The notes under the pieces: generated by a model
The model's input: only the letters and a program-made list of their open reading frames with translations
Database searches by the model: none
Told to the model about the DNA's origin: nothing
Shown: one piece after another, positions 58,839-64,000 of the stretch
Numbering within the stretch: position 1 is the first letter of the stretch
How the letters are laid out: each line of letters starts with the position of its first letter
Source: Candidatus Kaelpia imicola
GTDB lineage: Bacteria; Omnitrophota; Gorgyraeia; Kaelpiales; Kaelpiaceae
Length of the DNA stretch: 64,000 bases
Direction of reading: 5' to 3'
NCBI GenBank assembly: GCA_030765505.1
Contig: JAVCCL010000001.1
Coordinates: forward strand, 12,306-76,305
Position numbers and translations under genes: made by a program

Positions 58839-60077
58839 ATGAGTAAAAAGAATCTTTACAAAAGGCTCTTAGAACTTGAAGAAGAGAATAAAAGACTAAA
58901 AGAAGAGAATGCATATCTAAGATTTGAATTGGAAGAGTTCAAATCCAAAAGATACAAATCCAATAAGGAAAAACCGCCTGACCATGGAGGACCCAAACTT
59001 CAGCCTAAGAAAAAAGGCGGTTTGTTTGGTCATATAGGCTGGTTCAGGAAGAAGCCTCAAAGAATAGATAGAATCGAAGAAGTAAAGATAGATAAGTGTC
59101 CAGAGTGCGGTTCTATTGAGATAACAGAATGTAAAGCTATAGAAGAACACCTACAGGAAGATATTCTGATACCTATAGTCCAGGCAACACTTTACCGTAA
59201 ACACAAATATTACTGCAGGAATTGTAAGAAAATAGTCGTCGGTAAAGGCAGAGCTGAACTCCCTAAAAGCTATATAGGCCCAACAGCAAAGTCATGGGCA
59301 GTCTTTTTGAAATACGCAGTCAAGGTATCTGATAGAGATATTAAAAATATATTCCAGAAGATGTTCAATTTAAGAATAGCAGACTCTTCTTTATCGGGTT
59401 TTAGAGACCAGCTGAAACGAGAGGCGTTTCCGATATATAAGAAGCTGCAGAAGGCATTGAAACAAGGCAGCTTTATACACGCCGATGAGACAGGCTGGAA
59501 GGTAGAAGGAGAGAAGCACTGGCTCTGGAAGTTCTCCAATAAAAAGATATCTCTAACTCACATAGACAGAAGCCGCGGACAGAAGGTTGTTGAGGATATT
59601 GTAGGCAGGGAATATGACGGCATAATAATATCGGATTTTTTATCTGCATATAATAAGATTGCTGCTAAAGGGAAACAACGCTGTCTTGTTCATATCTTAA
59701 GAGATTTGAAGAAAGTAATCGAGTATTGGCATGACGATAAAGAGGTTCTAAGATACTGCAGGAGGCTTAAGAAGGTATTTGAAGATGCCATAAAATTATA
59801 CGAAGAATACAGAGATAGAGAATGGGATCAGGATTACTATCGAAAAAGGATCTTGATCACCCAAAGGTTGAAAGACTTCTGCTTCCCAAATCCCAACAAA
59901 AGAATATTGCAGAGATTTGTTAAAAGGCTTAATCGCCATAAAGATGAACTGTTTACCTTCTTATATGAAAAAGATATAGATTATCATAATAATCATGCCG
60001 AACAGCAGATAAGGCCTGATGTGATGAGCGACAATTATAATTACCGGCCAACGACAATTGAAATTCCCGAAAAATAG
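58839..60077 (+). pseudogene. IS66-family transposase (TnpC-like), truncated by the IS21 insertion near codon 395
   Basis: N-terminal leucine zipper, a CPECG..C..YCRNCKK zinc finger, and IHADETGWKV (the IS66 DETxxxV motif). It ends NNHAEQQIRPDV, and the frame then runs into IS21 sequence. Confidence 0.8.
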
Positions 60078-60121
60078 GCTGGAGATGGTAATCTATTTAG
60101 ACTAAAGATAAGGAGGTCTAA

Positions 60122-61612
60122 ATGGTTACCGATCAACAGGTAAGGAGGTTGTTGTTACTCATGAAAAGCGAAAGAACTAAAGCAATAGCAGCGGCTAAGG
60201 CTGGCATGGACGAAAAGACTGCTCGAAAATACGTAAGAATAGGCAAACTGCCTAGTGAAATCGGGAAGAATCATAACTGGCAAACACGTCAAGATTCGTT
60301 TGAGGCAGACTGGAAGCAAATAAAGGAACTTCTAAAAGCTAATCCCGGCTTGGAAGCTAAAACAATCTTTGAGTATTTACAGCGAGAGAAGATAGGCGAA
60401 TATCAAGATGGCCAGTTACGAACGCTTCAACGCAGAGTAAAATACTGGCGGGCCACTGAAGGACCGGCCAAAGAAGTATTTTTCCCTCAGGTACACCGAC
60501 CGGGAGAATTATCAGAGTCTGATTTTACACATATGGAAAAATTAGGGATAACTATTCAAAGAGAACTGTTTGAGCATTTACTTTACCATTTTGTATTAAC
60601 CTATTCAAATTGGGAAACTGGTACAGTATGTTTTTCCGAAAGTTTTGAAAGCTTATCTGCTGGATACCAAAACGCGGTTTGGGAATTAGGCGGAGCAACT
60701 AAAAAACATCGTACTGACCGAATGAGTTCAGCGGTAAATAAAGACTGTAATCCGGAGAAATTTACCAAAAGGTATAAATCTTTGTTACGTCATTATAGAG
60801 TTGAGCCTGAACGTACTAATCCTGCCCGGGCTAATGAAAACGGCGATGTAGAACAGCGGCATTACCGGTTTAAAAAAGCCGTAAGTCAGGCATTAATGTT
60901 ACGCGGCAGCCGTGATTTTAATTCACGACAGGAATATAAACAATTCCTGCGTAGAATATTTGAGCAGCTGAATGCCGGACGGCAAAAGAGATTAGAAGAA
61001 GAACTCACTGTGCTGCGGCGTCTTCCTGCAAGGAAATTAGATGACTATAAGCCTTTGGAGGTTACAGTAAGCCCTTCAAGCACCATTCATGTCCAACATA
61101 ACACCTATTCTGTCCATAGCCGGTTGATCGGCGAAAGAGTTATAGTTAAAATTTATGTGGATTATTTGGAAGTCTGGTATGCTCAGCGTAAGGTAGAACA
61201 TATCCCCCGCCTGCGGGGAGAAGGCAAATACCGTATATACTACCGGCATATCATAGATTGGCTGGTACGCAAACCGGGAGCGTTTGAAAACTATCGTTAT
61301 AAGTCAGAAATGTTCCCTTCGAGCTATTTTAGGATGGCATACGATTATTTGAAGCGTGAGAATCCTCTTAGAGCCAATAAAGAATATGTAGCTGTACTTT
61401 ATATGGCTCATAAAGAAGGAGAAACCCGTACAGAGTCAGCTATACGGCATCTTTTATCTCAAGAACAGCCTCTCTCAGCTGAAAACATGCGGCAGGCAGT
61501 AATTAGAGAGAATAAAATACCTCTGGTTACTGACATAGTCATAGACGATGTCTCTCTAAAAATTTACGATGAACTTTTAAACATTAGAGAGGAGGTAACT
61601 GTTTATGGATAA
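60122..61612 (+). CDS. istA: IS21-family transposase IstA
   Basis: N-terminal HTH followed by a DDE integrase core. The typical 8-nt overlap with istB is present. Confidence 0.85.
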   Translation: MVTDQQVRRLLLLMKSERTKAIAAAKAGMDEKTARKYVRIGKLPSEIGKNHNWQTRQDSFEADWKQIKELLKANPGLEAKTIFEYLQREKIGEYQDGQLRTLQRRVKYWRATEGPAKEVFFPQVHRPGELSESDFTHMEKLGITIQRELFEHLLYHFVLTYSNWETGTVCFSESFESLSAGYQNAVWELGGATKKHRTDRMSSAVNKDCNPEKFTKRYKSLLRHYRVEPERTNPARANENGDVEQRHYRFKKAVSQALMLRGSRDFNSRQEYKQFLRRIFEQLNAGRQKRLEEELTVLRRLPARKLDDYKPLEVTVSPSSTIHVQHNTYSVHSRLIGERVIVKIYVDYLEVWYAQRKVEHIPRLRGEGKYRIYYRHIIDWLVRKPGAFENYRYKSEMFPSSYFRMAYDYLKRENPLRANKEYVAVLYMAHKEGETRTESAIRHLLSQEQPLSAENMRQAVIRENKIPLVTDIVIDDVSLKIYDELLNIREEVTVYG

Positions 61613-62369
61613 AAGCACACAATCCCGGTTACACGGTTATTTAGACGAGTTACGTTTGACCACAACTCGGAAACGTTATTCTGATATCGCTCAGAAGGCA
61701 CGTAAAGATATCTGGGGATATGAAGAATATCTGTTAAGCGTAGTTCAAGAGGAAAGCGAAACCAGAAGAGCTAAGCGTATAGAACGTCTATTACGCCAAT
61801 CCGGCTTGCCTCTTGAGAAAAGTTTAGACACCTTTGAACTAAAACGCCTGCCAAATAAGGTCAGACAGCAGCTAAATGTACTTCTGGAAGGCAGATTCCT
61901 TGACTATAGCGAAAACATTCTGATATTTGGCAATCCCGGCAGTGGAAAAACTCATTTAATTTGTGCTGTAGGCCAAGAGCTTATTCGGCAGGATAAACGA
62001 GTTTATTTTATTACTTGTGCCCTGCTGTTACAGGAATTGCTGGCAGCTAAACGTGATTTGAAACTGCCGAAGCTATTTAAAAAACTAAACCATTATCACG
62101 CTATTATTATTGACGATATCGGTTATGTACATCAGGCTAAAGAAGAAATGGAAGTATTATTTACGCTTTTGGCCCAACGCTATGAGCAAGGCAGCGTTAT
62201 GATTACCAGCAATCTGCCTTTTTCCAAATGGGAAAAAATATTCAAGGACCCTGTAATGACTGCTGCGGCTATTGACCGTATCGTGCATCATAGCATTATC
62301 CTTGAACTCAATATACCGAGTTATCGTATGGCTATGGCTAAAAACCGGAAAATTCAAGAAAGGAGGTAA
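61605..62369 (+). CDS. istB: IS21-family helper ATPase IstB
   Basis: Walker A GNPGSGKTHL. Walker B IIIDDIGYV. DnaC-like. Confidence 0.9.
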   Translation: MDKSTQSRLHGYLDELRLTTTRKRYSDIAQKARKDIWGYEEYLLSVVQEESETRRAKRIERLLRQSGLPLEKSLDTFELKRLPNKVRQQLNVLLEGRFLDYSENILIFGNPGSGKTHLICAVGQELIRQDKRVYFITCALLLQELLAAKRDLKLPKLFKKLNHYHAIIIDDIGYVHQAKEEMEVLFTLLAQRYEQGSVMITSNLPFSKWEKIFKDPVMTAAAIDRIVHHSIILELNIPSYRMAMAKNRKIQERR

Positions 62370-62445
62370 TTTTTTTTAACTCAGGCATCGGGAAAAATAA
62401 TTGTCGTTGAAGGGAAAAAATAGTTGACGTCCATCACTGATGTGA

Positions 62446-62717
62446 TATTTAGAAAGATCACATTCCAGAATAGGTCATGCAGAGGAGCAGAAAACCACAG
62501 TATCCTCATGAGCATACTGCAGACAGCAAAATTGAACGGATTAGACCCCATAAAAACTTTTGAGAAAATATTGCTCTGCACTGACAAGCTGTCTATCTTA
62601 AAACCTGCCTTTGAAAAACTGACGCCTGCTTACCATGATATTTCAATACTGCAGAAGGTATTTTCACTACCGCCTAAGACCAAAGATATGCAGTTAACTA
62701 CAGCAGCCCCTCCTTAA
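62446..62717 (+). pseudogene. C-terminal fragment of the interrupted IS66-family transposase
   Basis: ...IFRKITFQNRSCRGAENHSILMSILQTAKLNGLDP is the IS66 C-terminal signature. When the IS21 element is removed in silico, it is in frame with the upstream fragment, giving IRPDVIFRKITFQN. Confidence 0.75.
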
Positions 62718-62892
62718 ACATTATCATTATTTTTGTAATTTAGGTTAAACCAGGATAAGATTGCTTCCCCCGAAACTTTGGAGCTGCAAAGAGAGCTGAG
62801 TTATTCTCTGCGGATAGCTGAACTGTTACAATTCAGATGTTATTTTTGTACTCAGTTTGTAAAATAGTTTAATAAGTGGTATAAATATAGAT

Positions 62893-64000
62893 ATGAAGAT
62901 AAGAGGTAAAAATTTTATATTGCTATTATATGTGATGCCACTGTTTCTATTTATTTCTTTTATAAGCTCTACGCTTGAAGCAAGTTTTGTTCCTCAAGGA
63001 AATAAAAAGCCATTTGGGAAAATTGATTCAATTTTTATTCCAAACTCCAATCAAAACAATTTGTCCTATCCCAATTCTGTGGAATCAGAAGATGCTGATA
63101 ACGCCCTGCAAGGTTCATCCACAATGGTTTCTGACATATGGATAAACAGCCTGCAGATCGAAGCCCTGAAACATTTGGATATAATGATTAGTGATTTTCA
63201 ACCAGTCAATGAACGAATTGATTCTGCATTAAGACTTGTAGAATTGTTGAATCAAGATTTGTTGGAATATTCTTTAAATTTTACTTCTGAAAATGGAAAA
63301 AATATTATTTTAGGTCTCAGAAATTTTTGTATTGATAACACAACAAATGAAGAGCTTATTGAAAAAATTCCTATTGCATTAGAAAATATATTCCTCACAA
63401 CACAGTATGAAGATATAGCTAAATTTGCAAACGATAGCTTGCTATATATGCAAAAAGAAGGCGTCGAGCTTTCTCAGTTTTTTGCTTTTGAAGCTTCTGA
63501 GTTTGCAAGGCCTTTGTTTACGGAAAGTGACAAAGGAATTTTACCAGAAATATCTAATTTGATATCAGGAGATAATATAAAACTTCATACAGAAGTCATC
63601 CAAGACATAAGAACCGTCGACAGTAATATTCCATCATTACAATCTGACATCAGCGATCAATATGAAAATACAATTGATTATTTATGGGAGTATCTAAGCG
63701 ATTTAGGCATCGATGTAAAATTAGACCTTGCTCTATATGTAAATAACATCTTTGGAGAAATTTCTCCGCCTTTTGAGAATATAGTAGCTGTTATTCCAGG
63801 AGAAACTTATCCGGAGAAAAAAATAGTTATCTGCGCCCATTATGATTCTATAAATCATTCAGATGGAGGTATAGCCCCTGGGGCAAATGATAATGCCAGT
63901 GGTGTAGCAATAGCATTGGAAGTAATACGTGCTTTAAAAGATTCTAAAATTTTATTGGATTATACGGTTGAAATTGTTTTATTTGATGCTGAGGAAATAG
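62893..64000 (+). CDS. Secreted M28-family peptidase (3' end beyond the window)
   Basis: I translated it by hand from ATG 62893. It has a signal peptide, and the frame is open to the window end. The motifs are ICAHYDSINHSDGGIAPGANDNASGVAIALE and ...VLFDAEE. It is missing from the track because no stop codon lies in the window. Confidence 0.65.
   Translation, partial: MKIRGKNFILLLYVMPLFLFISFISSTLEASFVPQGNKKPFGKIDSIFIPNSNQNNLSYPNSVESEDADNALQGSSTMVSDIWINSLQIEALKHLDIMISDFQPVNERIDSALRLVELLNQDLLEYSLNFTSENGKNIILGLRNFCIDNTTNEELIEKIPIALENIFLTTQYEDIAKFANDSLLYMQKEGVELSQFFAFEASEFARPLFTESDKGILPEISNLISGDNIKLHTEVIQDIRTVDSNIPSLQSDISDQYENTIDYLWEYLSDLGIDVKLDLALYVNNIFGEISPPFENIVAVIPGETYPEKKIVICAHYDSINHSDGGIAPGANDNASGVAIALEVIRALKDSKILLDYTVEIVLFDAEEI

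Larger units (their letters stand above)
60025..62436 (+). mobile_element. IS21-family insertion sequence (istA-istB) inserted into the IS66 transposase gene
   Basis: The termini TGAGCGACAATT... and ...GACGTCCATCA carry repeated CGACAATT motifs in inverted orientation. A 9-10 bp direct repeat CTGATGTGA(T) flanks the element at 60016-60024 and 62437-62445. Local GC is higher than in the host sequence. Confidence 0.75.
58360..62829 (+). mobile_element. IS66-family insertion sequence (about 2.06 kb natively) carrying a nested IS21-family element
   Basis: A 17-bp perfect terminal inverted repeat GTAACAGTTCAGCTATC lies at 58360-58376, with its reverse complement at 62813-62829. The element is flanked by an 8-bp direct repeat AATTCAGA (58352-58359 and 62830-62837). 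This is the expected IS66 target-site duplication size. Confidence 0.75.

Overview
This is an AT-rich (~35% GC) bacterial chromosomal window, densely coding, with an architecture that resembles candidate-phylum (Omnitrophota-like) genomes. From 5' to 3' it contains the following.

1. 1-13.9 kb: a cell-surface glycosylation island. It holds a type IV pilin gene and a GT2 polyprenol-phosphate-sugar synthase. These are followed by three tandem TMTC-like (DUF1736 + TPR) GT-C glycosyltransferases, further GT-C paralogs, GT9 heptosyltransferases, a methyltransferase and a radical SAM/SPASM enzyme.
2. 14.3-15.8 kb: a minus-strand B12-binding radical SAM gene split by a G10 homopolymer. It is a candidate for phase variation.
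3. 16.1-20.4 kb: a minor pseudopilin operon (GspH/I/J/K-like) followed by GT2, a LAB_N-domain protein and an ArnT-like GT-C.
4. 20.5-34.1 kb: an AAA ATPase, ttuA-trmI tRNA modification genes, LPS inner-core and Kdo genes (a double GT9, an HldE-type kinase, kdsB, DUF1846, kdsA, kdsD, kdsC, PHP, flavodoxin, manC) and a PilZ protein.
5. 34.6-39.4 kb: a signalling cluster of two histidine kinases and three receiver proteins.
6. 39.5-45.7 kb, minus strand: an AmmeMemoRadiSam system with a Memo-AMMECR1 fusion. It is translationally coupled to a 1161-aa membrane fusion protein combining a spermidine-synthase-like domain, an FMN_bind domain and a NapH-like Fe-S domain.
7. 45.8-55.4 kb: housekeeping genes (M48/PDZ protease, DnaQ-like exonuclease, RnfB-like protein, purN, eno, ftsB, tRNA-fMet, rplM, rpsI) and a second GT-C / response regulator / histidine kinase group.
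8. 55.5-62.8 kb: a tRNA-Pro, followed by a TreT-like trehalose synthase cassette. The cassette is bracketed by ~190-bp direct repeats, each beginning with a 5' half of a tRNA-Arg(UCU). Next comes an IS66-family element with 8-bp target site duplications, whose transposase is interrupted by a nested IS21-family element (istAB).
9. 62.9 kb to the window end: a 3'-truncated M28 peptidase gene.

No CRISPR array and no rRNA genes were seen.
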